This document shows, piece after piece, positions 10,101-23,280 of a stretch of DNA of 64,000 nucleotides. Position numbers and translations under genes: made by a program. Origin of the DNA: Octopus sinensis. Taxonomy: Eukaryota. Under the pieces are notes generated by a model. It was not told where the DNA came from and searched no databases. It saw nothing but the letters and a program-made list of their open reading frames with translations. The stretch is from positions 26,846,001 to 26,910,000 of the forward strand of contig NC_043008.1 of NCBI RefSeq assembly GCF_006345805.1, read 5' to 3'. Numbering within the stretch: the stretch's first letter is position 1; every line of letters starts with the position of its first letter.

Positions 10101-13100
10101 GTGGAAGAGGTAATAATGGGGTGTGTGTTTGTGAGTGGCTGCGTATGTGCATGTGTGTGATTGTGTGTGTGGGTACATGAGTGTATGATCTAGTGTGTGT
10201 GTTTGTGTGAGTGTGTATGTTTGTATGTGTGTGCTAGTGTTTGCTTATATGTGTGCATTCCAGTAGGTGTGTACTTAACTGTGCATGTGTGCAGTGTGGT
10301 GGTCTCTTGAATAGATAAGCATCTGTATGTACGCTTGTGTGTGTGTGGATGTATTTCTTAGCACATGAACAATTGCAATACTTGTGAGAGAAAATAGGAA
10401 TGACCTTATTACTGGAAGTGTTGGTTCTGCAAATTAGCTAAGCTGAGGGCTACATAACAGGGTCTGTAAAGGGTTTGTGTTCCTTCTGTAACAAATAGAA
10501 TGTAGGAACATTGTCAGATGCTTGGAAATTTTGTGCTATCTTTTTTTTTAGGTTCTATTATGTTGCCTCACATTCCCATGAGAAGTGTCTCTACTTTTTC
10601 ATGTTCTTTTGGTGCAACCTCTCTCATGTTATGTATGTGTGCTTATATGGTCTAGACATAGTTCTGCTTTAGACTGTCTACTGACATTCTACCAACCCTA
10701 TTTCATTGTTCCTAGCATGTTTTAATTTTCATCGTCCTTTAGTGACCATTGTACTGCGTTAGCCTCCACCTCACTCTGCTTCCTGAACGTTTTATTGTAG
10801 CAGTCAAAAATGTGTTTAAGTTTACCTCTAACTAAATAAAATTTTGCCAGTCTCACTATCTGGGCATACAATTTTTTTGAATTGGAAGTTTGTAGGATAA
10901 ATCTGTGCTATTAACTTATTAACAAATATATTCTTATTAGTTCTGAAGATATAATGACAGAAATAAATGTATAGATTTGGAAACAAATTTATAAGTAAAT
11001 AAATTTAACTCCACTTCATGAAGCATCAAGTACTTTGTTTTAGTTTTTGTACATGTTTGTCCCTACAAATAAGGATCAAACACATCAGACATACAGACTG
11101 ACAGATTTGATTATTCACAAAGAACATGTACAAGAAATGTTTAAGCTAACAAAGTGTGAATGTTACTCAGAGAAACAGCTAATAAGTCTGCAACAGAGTA
11201 GAGGATAGAGAAAAGATGCTCATATATGAAAGTAATCAATATAATAAAGAGAACATAATTAACCACCACTATGAGTTTCTATCCTTTCAAAGTCAGCAGA
11301 ATAACTCTGAAACAATGGGTGTTTCTTTTCCTTTTATAAGACACCTGAATGTTTGCATTTTACCTCAGTTAGTATTGTTGACACAAACTAACATTGATCT
11401 TCTTAAATAGATGTTCATTGTATTATTTTAGAAAGCCTTCACATTGCTTTAATTGAAATACAACTGTAAAATTACTTGTTCTGTTGAAATATAAGGTCAT
11501 GTAAGATCAATATTGGTACAAGGGGACAGATTTGAAGAATAGAAATATTGTTGTTTGAATTGACTCATGAATACTATTTGTACTTATTTTATCAATTGTG
11601 CAAAGAAAGGATAACATATTAGCTGAATATGATGTGGCCTCAGAATAGAGTATATAAGTACATACAATAAAGAATTTATCATTGACTATGCCTACAATAT
11701 TGAACTATTTCACTTATGTAAATACTATGTATTTAAGCAAAGGACAGGGAATCCTTTTATTACTGAAATATATATTGAATTTAGTATAATTTACAAATGG
11801 AAAATGTTTTTAAATAACAGAAGTGCATAATTACATTTACTGTGAATATAGTTATAAATATCAAAGTGTGAAATGATAAATATAAAGTTTATACTAGAGA
11901 TATTTTTATGACAATTTTAGAAACTAATTTATATAAAATGTGTTTATACAAAATAGAGACTCTCTTCAGAAGTCTTCAGTTTTCTCTCCACTGCTCTCAG
12001 CCTTCAGTACGTTAAAGTATCTCAGACAAAATTTGATCTGCTATGCAGCTAACAATTTACCAGATACACTATTTATTTGGTTAATTAAAAGGTTAAAATT
12101 TACAAAGGACATCAGTAGTAGAAAACAATGTTAATAGCTCTCACAAAGTATTGTAGATGCAAAATGGCCGACATGATAACACACATTTACAGTATATTGA
12201 CATAGATGGCAAGGACTCAGTTTTGAGTATTTAGTACATTTCAGTCTGGAGGTGTGTGTAGGGGGTTCCTTTGTGCTGGAGTGGGGCAAAGGTGTCTGAT
12301 GGCAAAGACATAACTCTGTTTCAGACCACATGTGACTCAGAATTCTTCTGACGTATTAGCTTGGTGTATAACATGTGCCTTCATGCTATCATGAATTGCT
12401 CTAATCATTACAACAAAGACTTCTAGTAGAAGGAGAGGTCTTTGTTGTTCTCTGGCTTTCTCCTGTAGTTACACTAAAAAACTACAGTCAACAACCAAAA
12501 ATATTCAATTAGCCAAAACTACATACACTTAGTTCACTTCAATTAACTTCAATGGATGAACCTTGAATATAGGTGCACAGACTAATTACTAGTTGAAAGT
12601 AACAGCATGCAAATACAATCGCTTGGTGTCTATGCAGCAGAAACATGTGTTGATTCATTTGACTAAAATGAAATATGCTGTAAATGACCTTAGAAATAAT
12701 TAAAAAAGTAAAATTATGCAGTTGTATTAATCTCTGTATTCATTGTAACTCTATTGTAACTTGATCAGTATGGGGATATCTCAACTGCTGTTTCCAGGTG
12801 ATTACAGTCTCTGTTAGTATGTATGTATACAATTATGTGCTTTGACTGCAGTATTAGTATTTTAGCTCTTATATCTAGCAACGTAAGTGGTTCTAACACC
12901 CTTAGTAATATTTGATGACAATTATAGTTTTCCCTTTTGGTAAAACTTTGCACACCTCTACCTATATTAATTACACATGCATGTGCACATGCACGCATGT
13001 GCGAGCGCACGCACACGCACACACACACACATGTGACTTCGATTTTTAAACAGGATAATAGAGCTTTGTTTTTCTGAAAAGAATACTTTATTGTGCAGTT

Positions 13101-13515
13101 ATTATGTTCATTTAGTGTTAAGCAATAAGTGCTATCAGATCTGCAGGCAAAAAGACACTATGACTCTAACTTCTATTACCTGTATTTGATAGCAATGAAC
13201 TCAATTTATCTTCCATGTGTGCATGTAATAAATGGTACCGGAAAACTTGTAAAGTTCAAGGAAACTAATGGTTTGCACAAGGAAAACAAAAATAAATAAA
13301 AATCCTTAAAATAACATTTGTGTGTCTAGAAAAAGAGGCATTTCATTACACTTTAAACTAAGTCCTCTCTCAAACAAATGTGAGGTATCATGGAATAACT
13401 AAGTTACAATTTGTTCAAAAGAATGTATTGAAAACATCAGAACTCATTTGTTTTCATGTGATGAATGAATATTCAGCCTTTTTATATCCAAAATTCTCAG
13501 AACAATTCAACTTAC

Positions 13516-13549
13516 CATAGAAATGAAACTTTTGTTCACTTTTTCAATT
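13516..13549 (-). CDS. Candidate exon of unidentified minus-strand gene (IEKVNKSFISM), phase 2 to 0
   Basis: cctacccatttag| ... atg|gtaagt; only one frame is open. Confidence 0.45.
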
Positions 13550-14809
13550 CTAAATGGGTAGGATGGGTTGTTTAGTTATAGTTTTCCTTTCTCTTTGCTT
13601 ATTTTGCAAACTTCAATGTTTACATATGAATTGTTGGAGCAAATACTTTTACCCTTAACTGGATATAATTCTTAATACTCTTCACTCAACCATGAAGCAG
13701 AACCATGGCATATTTTAGCTTCGTCTAGTCGGAAGCAAACTGAATAATGTGCTCTGCCAAAGATGCAGAGTACGATTACTGTACAGAGCAGTGCTTAAAG
13801 TCATGGATTTGTAGGCAGTCATTCACCATTTTAACAACCAAAGCAACTATAATATTCAGAATAAATAAAACAAATAGAATATAAAACTCTTTCATATGTT
13901 GCTCCATCAACTGTAGACTTTGACTGTATGCCAATATTTTCATTAATGCCTTACTGTTGCAGTTATTGATCTTGTTGTTGACTTTACTGCTGCTTTTGTT
14001 TTTCCCTTTAGCCAGCAATGTTTTACAGAATGCTTCTCCATTACATTGAAGTTACTTCTTGAAAAACCAATTCATATGAACATTACCAATATTGATTTTA
14101 ACTATGTAAACAAAAATTTAAATAATATACATAAACAAAAGCAATAATAGAAATGGTTGTAGAAGTAGTAAAATAATAATAATAACAACAACTACAACAA
14201 CAACATTCATTCCTATATAAAAATAAAATAACTAAAGTACATTCTAAATTAAAGAAAATTCTTGACATGCATTTCCAATTTAAGTCTCTATCCCCACCAA
14301 AATATTTGCCTCTGGCTTTAGTTGCTTGATTCTGACGATAATCATTGATAAAATAAAACCAATTATTGATAAAATGGCACTGGAAGCAAGAACAATAAAT
14401 AGTTTTATAGATTTTTCATGTTAAAAGTGAAATACTATTGGATTTTATGAGCAAAAATAATTTGGAGTTAATTCCCATTGGGTGACCATTTTTTCCTTTA
14501 ACTAATTACAGATATTTGTTAAAGTGAAAAGAAATTAATGCTGTATGTGGAAACATATTTGTATGTTCATTAACAAAAATTCTGTGGTGAAAACATGCAT
14601 AACAATTAGCAATTTGTTGTTTCAACAAATGTTAAAAAAAAATGATTACCAGCTCTTATGAAATGAGGATCACATGGACTCTAGTAAACAACTTATTGTA
14701 TTCTGTCAAAAATGTAAAGATTCTCTGAAAAATAAAATGAAATTTACCAAGAGTGGAGAGACAAACTGTCAGACAGACAGACAGAATGAACAATAGACCA
14801 AGTAATTGA

Positions 14810-15240
14810 CTGCTGAGCTCTAATTGTTGAGGGAACCTGTGGAAGAGATAGACCCAGGAACAAATGGAATAAAGTGGTTAGAAAGTATTTTCAGACACTG
14901 GGCCTCACAGGAAATGAAAAGAGACCAGAAGTTATGGTATTTTGTTCTACTTGAGAAGATATGTTAAGCTAAGTACAATTGCTATCATCTATTTATACAG
15001 GCTTGTTCTTTACAGATGCTGGTGCCACATAAAATGCATTCATGCCAGTACTGCTTAAATGCACCTGTGCCTGTGGCATGTACAAAGTACCTAACACACT
15101 CTGCTGAGTGCTTGGTGTTAGGAAGAGCACCCAGCTGTAGAAATCATGCCACAACAGATACTTAGAGTCTGATCAACTCATGTCAAACAGTGCAACCCAT
15201 ACCAGCATGGAAAATGGACGTTAAGCAATGATAATGATGA
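14810..15240 (+). mobile_element. RTE LINE 3' fragment (RT C-terminus and tail)
   Basis: LIVEGTCGRDRPRNKW-like translation, then catccagctgtagaaa-like and ccagcatggaaaatggacgttaa tail. Confidence 0.75.
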
Positions 15241-15421
15241 TACATATGTACACATACACACACACAGACATATATTTATATATATAGTTTTATACACTCA
15301 CACGTACAAACACACACACACACATATATAGAGAAGGTAGAAAAGTAACACACACGTCAATATGTATAAGGAAAATAAAACAAGGTAGAAAATGCTAAAA
15401 TAATTTTATCATGAAGTACAT

Positions 15422-15462
15422 TTTAGTACTGGTTTCTGTCATTTTAGACTTTTTCAACTAAA
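15422..15462 (-). ncRNA. Minimal HHR-like motif in 3' pLTR, U3:A8 variant core
   Basis: UUUAG-UUGAAAA-aGUC uaaaau GACa-GAAA-CCAG-UA^CUAAA. Confidence 0.55.
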
Positions 15463-15699
15463 TAAAATAAGAAGAACAGTCAAATTGCAGAAAAAGATTA
15501 AGTGACATGTTTTGTAGGTATTTTCATAGTCTTTGAATAGTTAAATATTTCTATAGTTTTCAGGCAGTCTGTCACTCTCTCTATTCCTTTGTGAATGCCA
15601 GGTAGGTAGATGGGTAGTTAGTTAGTAGTAAATTTGAAGGAATAGCTTGAGTGCAGACAGTTCATGATTTGAGCAGGAGCAGCTGAGGGAGGAGAAGAA

Positions 15700-15760
15700 G
15701 TAGAAGTAGAAGAAGAAGAAGAAGAAGAAGAAGAAGAAGAAGAAGAGGAGGAGGAAGAAG
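15700..15760. repeat. (GAA)n/(GAG)n microsatellite
   Basis: Visible simple repeat. Confidence 0.95.
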
Positions 15761-18204
15761 TGCTGTGTCACAGTAAATCGTTCATGCAATCTTCTTTAAA
15801 TGGTCAAATGACCTAAAAGTGACCTGTTGTGGCTGTAGCAGCAGTGATGGGAGGGTTCTAAATTCTTGTTGTAGTTCCATCTGTGGTGGTGGAATTCAAA
15901 AGAGGTTTATATTTTGTGATAAAGAATGTTTCTTTGCTGATGCACTGACTATAAGTTGCATTGTCCCTGAATTTATAGATGGGGGAAATTCTGGGTTGTT
16001 CGTTAGTGGCACAAATTTCGATGTGCTTGCTTAATCCTATTTTAATTTGGAGTCTATGTAATGTCATAGTCTGGTGTAAACTGTTTTTAGTTTGACCAAT
16101 ATATTGTTCTTGACACCCTGAGCAAGTTAATACATATATTAGGTTTTCCAAAGCATATGTGAAGTTGTTTTTCACTGTTAAATGTTGACGCTGTTTGAAA
16201 GAGAATTCCAGTCCCTCAATTAGGTTGACACATATACCACAGTTAGGTCTTTAGCATTTTTTACTGTCGGTTTCCATGTTGTTGATGAGTGTACTTGGTC
16301 TTGTGTTAGAAGACTTTTCATTGACTTGGGTTGTCTTTTACACTTTATAATGGTGTGTGTTTGGAGGATTTGATCCATTCTATGGTCTTTTTTTAGTAAC
16401 AGGATGGTGTCAAAGGCCTCATTGTTGAGGGGGTTGTGTATGGCTATTTATGGTAGGGCTTTTGGTTGTAAATCTTCCTTTAGTTTGGGGTGTCTGAGTT
16501 CATGGATGTTGAGTTGTAGGGCTCATTGAAAGCCGATGGTGGGAAGTTCTTGCTGATAATTGTATCCTTTAGTTTGTGTAATCATGTTTCTCTGGTGCTT
16601 CTATCAGATACTATAGTGCAAATCCTTTTTGCCAGGTTGTAAGGGATATTCGTTCTAGTGTGTCTGGGGTGGTAAGAGTTGAATAGCAAATATTGCTTGG
16701 AGTCTGTGGGTTTATAGTAGATATTTGTTTCTATTTTGTTGTTGGATTTCTTAATCAGGATGTTGAGGAATGGATGTTGTTGGTGGCTATATTCCATCAT
16801 AATTTGAATGTTTATGTCAAGTCCATTCAGAAGTGGTTGAAATTCTTTAAGTTTCTCTATACTTTCGTGCTGAAGAATGATACAGACATCCAGATATCTT
16901 TTCCAGTTATTTTCTATGTACAGGAAGAATGGGTTTCTGTATTCTTCAAGTACCTTATGATAAAGATTGATTTCTAGTTACCTCATGACTAGGTTATCAA
17001 ACGAGGGGACCATTTGTGTGCCCATCACTGTCCCTGATTTTTGTTGATAGAAGTTGTCATTAAACGTGAAGAAGTCATTTTCCAAGATGAATTTTAGCCC
17101 TTCTATTACGAATTTTTTTTTGATGTGGTTTGGGAGTTCATTGGAGGAATTCTGTAGCCAGAAATGGGTTGCCTCTATTCCTAGGCTGGGATATTGGAAT
17201 AGAGGTTGACTACATCGAAGGATACAAGTAGGGTGTTTCTATTTATTGTTTCAAGGAGTTGATTGAGTATACCTAAGCAGTCCCTTATGTAGCTTATGAT
17301 ATGCTTCAGGAATGGTTTTCAGAGGGTGTCTAAAAAGTTACTGAGGGGGTGAGTATTGCATGCAGGCCCAGCTATTATAGATCTTAATTTGAGGTTATTT
17401 GGAGAAGGTATCTTGGTTACCATGTCTGTGGCTATCCTGCATGTGTCACTTATTTTTTCACTTTTGTGTATCTTAAGAATACCGTAGAATTGACTGGATT
17501 TACTATTGAAGTTAGTCATTTAGTTGTATTCTTTGTCAGTGAGCCCTACTCTGTATAGGTTTAACATTGTTTTTATTTAGGTTTCTCATTATTTTCTGAT
17601 GACTGTAGCATTGTACCTTTTGACAATATGATGTGTCTTCTAATGTGGATAGCACTAGGGTTATACAATGTACAGTGTCCATTAAGATTACTGTACTACC
17701 TTTGTCAGCCTCTTTGATTGTGATTGTTTTATCACCTTTTAATCTGTTCAGCTCAGCCCATTCCTTTTTGATGAAGTTTGGTTTGTATTTTTGTTTGTGT
17801 ATTTGCTGATATGGGAAATTCGTAATGTGTTCACAGAAATAATCAAACTTTTGTTCTTAAATTTTAATGGGGTGTAGTTACTCTTATCTCGGACTATAAT
17901 TTTGTCCTCATTGTATTTGTCATATAGCTCCTCAGCGAGTCATAATTTTCAACAGAATTCCGCAATGTCTTCTTTCACTTCATTGCAGTTGGGGCTTAAA
18001 CCATCAACTGTCTTTACTCAAACTATTCCATCAAATTTACTACTAATTACCCACCTACCCACCAGGCATTCACAAAGGAACAGAGAGAGACACACACTGC
18101 CTGAAAACTATGGTAATATTTAACTATTCAAAGACTATGAAAATACCTACAAAACATTTCTCTTAATTTTTTTCTGCAATGTAATTGTTTTTCTTATTTT
18201 ACCC

Positions 18205-18243
18205 TTAGTTGAAAAAGTCTAAAATGATGGAAACCGGTACTAA
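18205..18243 (+). ncRNA. Minimal HHR-like motif in inverted 5' pLTR, U3:A8 core, palindromic stem III (ACCGGU)
   Basis: UUAG-UUGAAAA-aGUC uaaaau GAUg-GAAA-CCGG-UA^CUAA. Confidence 0.55.
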
Positions 18244-18298
18244 AATGTACTCCATGGTAAAATTATTTTAGCATTTTCTACTTTGTCCTATTTTCCTT

Positions 18299-18367
<69 letters not shown>

Positions 18368-18384
18368 TACATACATACACACAC

Positions 18385-18520
18385 ATAGGTTTCAAAGTTT
18401 GACTCAATGCCAGCAAGTTTGAGGTAGGGGATAAGTTGATTACGTCAACACCAGTGTTCAACTGGTACTTATATTATTACTCCTGAAAGGATGAAAGGCA
18501 AAATCATCTCTGGTGAAGTT
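18385..18520 (-). mobile_element. SINE fragment (family of 47785-48007)
   Basis: gccagcaagtttgaggtaggggataagttgattac...gaaaggatgaaaggcaaa. Confidence 0.75.
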
Positions 18521-18580
18521 GGAAAATTGTTACTAAACATTTTTCCTGGCTTCGTAATGATTTTGTCTACTCACTGTCTT

Positions 18581-18626
<46 letters not shown>

Positions 18627-18632
18627 TGTATA

Positions 18633-18869
18633 CAGTGGTAGACTGGGTCTACAGATATTGGTTGCCAGAAGACTAAGGGGCCCACCTGCAGCTACAATGC
18701 CATCATTTAATTTCTTTTTTGAATGTATTCTTCCAGGAGTGAATAAAAATTTCTCAAACTTGAGGGGATAGGCCTCTTAGATACTAACATGGGACACCAT
18801 GTATAGATTCTAATGGCACAAGGGCTGACTTGCCATCGAGTAAGCTGGCAACCTGGCCGGTCCACCATG
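18633..18869. mobile_element. MITE-like non-autonomous DNA transposon
   Basis: Imperfect terminal inverted repeats cagtggtagactgg / ccggtccaccatg within TA-rich flanks. Confidence 0.45.
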
Positions 18870-20370
18870 GTATATATAAATATATATGTATATATATATA
18901 TATGTATATATATATGTATGTATATATATGTATATATATATCTGTATATATATATATATATGCATAAATTAGATAAAGATAGTTATGGTCAGTCTGTATA
19001 TCTGTGTCTGTTTGAATATATCTGTTATCTGTTTTTAAATATATGTTTTATTTGTTTGTCAAATACATGGTCCCACTAAGGTATATTTTACAAACATTAA
19101 ACTAATAAGTTAGCACAAAATGTTTCTATAATTTAGTTACATATAGAGAAAAGAAATGAACTGCTTCAGTTGGAAGAGTGCAAAGTTTTACTAAAATATT
19201 TAGGTATTAACTGAATACCTAAACACAAAATTTAGTTAATAATCTTCACTATGCTATTTTCCAGCTAAAGTCAATTCTGATGCCCAAAGATGTTCCAGTC
19301 TTGACTATTTGATTTTGTATTCAGTCATTTTGCTACATATGCTACACCATCCAGTGAGTGGTTCTTTTGTAAGATAGTGGGGTAGAACTTTAAAAAATTT
19401 AGTTGTTCTTTCTAGCAGCTCTAACTACAATGTAGATGATTGTACCTAATGATAAAAGTAGAGAGTTTCATTCTTCAAACGAGTTCAATGTTTCAAACAA
19501 TGGCGAAAATAACTTACAATATGAACGACACACATAATAAACAATAACACCATAGTTATGTACGGAGGGTAGCTGGCAACAATGATGAAAACAATAATGT
19601 TATGGAGCAAAACAAAATAACAAATAACACTGATTAGAGACGTACAAGAGAGGACAAGTACATTAGTGACTGTAACTTCCTGAATACAATTAGATTTAAA
19701 TTTAATGGAGGAAAATAGTTAAGAAATAGAGCAACTCCACAAAACATAACAGGAGTAATTGAACAATATGGGAAAGTAGCAGACATAGTGATATGTTATT
19801 TAATTACCTAATTGCATCTGCTGTCTTCAGGACTCATTTAAGATAATGTGGGACCTGTCGTAATACTATAAATGAACCACACAAGTTTTAGATTGATCTG
19901 GGGCTATAGTTGCATAAAGTGTCATGCAGTAGGACTGAACCCAAAGACTTGTGATTAGGAAGCAAACTTCTTCGCATAAAACCATGCCTTTGCATGAGTG
20001 TGTGTATCTCCATAAACATACAATTTATTTGTTTGATGTAATTTTTATCGAAGTTTTCTTAAAGAAAGAATATTCTTTTATACTGCTATGTAGTGTTAAA
20101 CCATGTCAGAGAAATAATGTATTTTTACTGTGATTAAAATTTATGTATCAAATTCATTTTTGATAGTACTTGAACTAGGGATGTGGTTAGTTTCATGTGA
20201 ATGGTGTAATTGAATATACTGTTTTTATGTTAAGATTTTCATGAGCTATAAGAATCTACAGCATTTAGCCTTACTCAAGTTTCTGAAGTATCAAACTGGT
20301 GAGAAATAACCCCCTTCCAGTATGGAAATAGAATGCTGTATTTAGCAGTTGATTTCTTGGACAAACTTAC

Positions 20371-20418
20371 CACCTGCTCGTCTGAATAAAGTAGCTTGCT
20401 CAAATGTTCATTTGTCTC
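20371..20418 (-). CDS. Candidate exon (ETNEHLSKLLYSDEQV), phase 0 to 0
   Basis: cagcttttag| 48 nt gtg|gtaagt; only frame 0 is open. Confidence 0.6.
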
Positions 20419-21335
20419 CTAAAAGCTGTTGTTCTTTATTCTTATGTCAGCTGTGGTTTAGCAAACCTGTGTTTAACAATTTTCCATCAACTGCTTAAAT
20501 ATTGAAAGACAAAACTTAATTGTTCTGAAAAATATGAAAATGTGACTGAAAGCAACAAGCAATAATAATGAGTTATTAAAGGTAGCACCTCTTCATGGTC
20601 ACAGTGAAGTGAATAAAATCAAGGAAAAAAGTACTTGAGTAAAATTGTGTATTATAATTTTTTAAGATAGTAGAGTGTGAATACTGGGTAACTTGGCTAC
20701 TATTTCTACAAGTTTGAGACAATGTAGCGGTTTCTATGTTGGCTCATGTAGAAAGCTGTTCTGTTTCATTTACAGTTGCTAGCTTTGACATCTCACTATC
20801 TTATACACTAAAAAATTTAGACTGTAAACAAAGGAGTATTGTTACCTTTTGTTGTTTAAATTCAGACCTATGATTCATCATCATTCTTGTGTAAATCCGA
20901 GACTACACTGTTGAGTATGATTTAAGATTAATTGACAGCCCTTTCTAGCAGAGCAGACAATTACATAAAGGCTCCTTCTTTGGTTACCTATTATTGTTAA
21001 TTTTCTCTGTCAAACTATAGTAAACTTAGTAGAATTTACACTCAGAGCTTAGATATATGAAGTTACTGGAAGTAAATCTTTGAAATATATTAATCAAATA
21101 ACCCTGAGTCAGGAGTTACATTTAAGAAAATTGTTTTTAGGTTCATGGAATGTTTTGGTAGGTAGCCTGTACTAATGTATATTTAAAATATTCTATAAGA
21201 AAGGGTGCTGTATTGGTAGAAGCATTGGGACAACAGTTGAAATGCCTGATGTTGTTTTATTATATTCCTTTACATTCTACATTCAAATACAACTAGGGTT
21301 GAATTTGACTTGCATTCTTATGAATTTATTAAATT

Positions 21336-21470
21336 AATGGCACAGGCAGAACTGTGTTGTAAGAATCTTGCTTCCCAACCACATGGTTCTGGGTTCAGTC
21401 CCACTGTGTGACACCTTGATCAAATGCCTTGTACTATAGCCTTGGGTTGACCCTGTGAGTGGATTTGAAG
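21336..21470 (+). mobile_element. 5' part of tRNA-derived SINE (family of 44103-44460)
   Basis: cccaaccacatggttctgggttcagtcccactg...gtgagtggattt. Confidence 0.75.
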
Positions 21471-23102
21471 TCTATGGACAGAATTGGTATACATTTACAA
21501 GGTTGCAAAAGCAATGAGAATTTTTGGAACTCACACACACACACATACACACAAACACACAAGCACACACATCAATTTACATATTAAACACATTCCTGGA
21601 AGCTGGTATGTAAATATTAATGACTTATATTCTTAGAGTACTTTGTTATGCAACCATAATATGCTATAAAGTATATTAAACGTTTATATGTAGTGGTTAT
21701 TTATGCAATGAGTTTGTCAATGATTAATGGGTTAGATGGGTCCTGATAAAGGAGCAAAAATTCCAGAAATATTGCATAAATGCCCATTATCCACTTTTTT
21801 CATCTTCAACATCATTTGTTTGTTTACATTTGACATCTCAGATATGAAAGGTTGTAATAAAATTAATGCTGGTTATAATTTCTAGAGAAAATCTATAGGG
21901 ATGACCTTAACACCTAAATCTCTTCTGACTGGATAAATAGTGATTAACTCAGTCCTTCACTCAGTATACTATATTAGAAAAAAGTGTGTTGGTTCTGAGC
22001 AGGATTAAAAATAAAATCTGTCAAAGATCAAGAGACCTTATACAGAACCCTGCAGCCAACTCTATCTGAAGATGAGTTTGGCTCGACCAGATTATCACCT
22101 AGTGGATCATATATCATCATGCATTATAGCCTCCTTATGCTACAAATGTTTTATAAATAGATCTATGTATTATTATGTAGGAAAGAATGTAAAGACAAAA
22201 TCTGTGTAACTTACCTCACAGCATGTTTTAATGATCTGGATCTGCAGTTTGATTTCACAAATTCTTCACTTTATTTCCATCAAATATATTGCTAATAGGA
22301 ATCTTATTGGATATGTAAGTAATTCTTACTAATATTGATGATTAATGTGTGTTTTAATGACTGCTAAAGATATAAATGCTAATGGCCAAAAATTGGTCTA
22401 ATTATGATTTACTAGGAACAGAAGTGTGTCAAAGCAGAATTAACTATGTGATAGCATATGAAAAGTGTGAAATATTATACATTGCTTACATGGAAGGATG
22501 AAGACATTCACACCTACATACACCCACACACGCACATGCACACACACACACACACACACACACACGTATGTATGTACATACGAAGAATATAATTACAGAT
22601 TTTAAGTGAAGCAAAATTTCCAATAAATGTTTTTCTATTGATGCAGCCATATTCTATTAATATGAAGAACACACACACACACACACACACAAGCTAATGA
22701 AAGAGAAAATAATGATAAGAAACAGAGAGAGAGTGAAAAACATGCTTTCATTGATGAAAGCCAATTCTATGATAATATTTCATTTGATAACTTCGAGAAT
22801 ATCAATTTTCAGGTCACAAGGTCTTGAATATTATATTTACCATTTTCTTGAAATTACAAAATCTTAAGAATTCCACAATAGAGGAGAGTAGGAATATAAT
22901 AACAGTGTTTTGGTGCTATAACAGACATGGATGACAAAGCTAGCAAGATTATAATTAAAGAGGATCTGAAAATATATAGAATATTTTACTGAAACTTTGG
23001 TGAAATATGAAATAATTTCGTTATGAGATATTGATTATTTTTAATGAATAAATACTTTGTAATATTGCAGTTGTTTTATAAAAATATCTGTTAAATCCTT
23101 TT

Positions 23103-23280
23103 CACAGTCAGGACAGGCAGTGACCTTTCCACTGATAGAACTTGCAGTAACCTTCTCCACAGTTAGGACTGGTAGTGACCTTTTCCACAGAGAGGTCAAG
23201 CAGTGGCCTTTTCCACAGATTGAACTTGCAGTGACCTCCTCCATAGACAGGACTGGTAGGGACCCTTTTTCACCAGTAAT
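23103..23280. repeat. 28-bp minisatellite (~6.3 units) with 84-bp higher-order period
   Basis: Units cacagNNaggacNNgcagtgaccttttc; units 2/5 and 3/6 share diagnostic bases. Confidence 0.85.

Larger units (their letters stand above)
15368..18298 (-). mobile_element. Penelope-like retroelement (RT + GIY-YIG endonuclease), decayed, flanked by inverted pLTRs
   Basis: Minus-strand fragments IKEADKGSTV, FYGILKIHK, GTVMGT, RYLDVC, YYKPTDSKQYLLFNSYHP and LIYVLTCSGCQEQYIGQT. 15368-15645 is the reverse complement of 18023-18298. Confidence 0.93.

Noticed and set aside
12158-12175. YY1-like motif aaaatggccg as a promoter
   Set aside because: A single short motif with no CpG island or transcript evidence.
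12337-12422. Possible terminal exon VFVVMIRAIHDSMKAHVIHQANTSEEF* with strong acceptor and adjacent 10-bp hairpin
   Set aside because: Its phase 1 start does not fit the 13.5 kb exon, and there is no independent support.
13860-14100. NUMT or GPCR transmembrane relic
   Set aside because: Stops remain under the mitochondrial code, and the hydrophobic translation is explained by T-rich composition.
22000-22162. Plus-strand open frame LKIKSVKDQETLYRTLQPTLSEDEFGSTRLSPSGSY (similar cases near 24730-24850 and 39260-39390)
   Set aside because: Weak or missing splice sites, no partner exons and no recognisable motif.
22215-22241. Extra minus-strand exon IQIIKTCCE
   Set aside because: Strong donor (gag|gtaagt) and compatible phase, but the acceptor has no pyrimidine tract; left out of the model.
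23103-23280. CRISPR array
   Set aside because: Units are contiguous with no unique spacers, there are no cas genes, and the context is eukaryotic.
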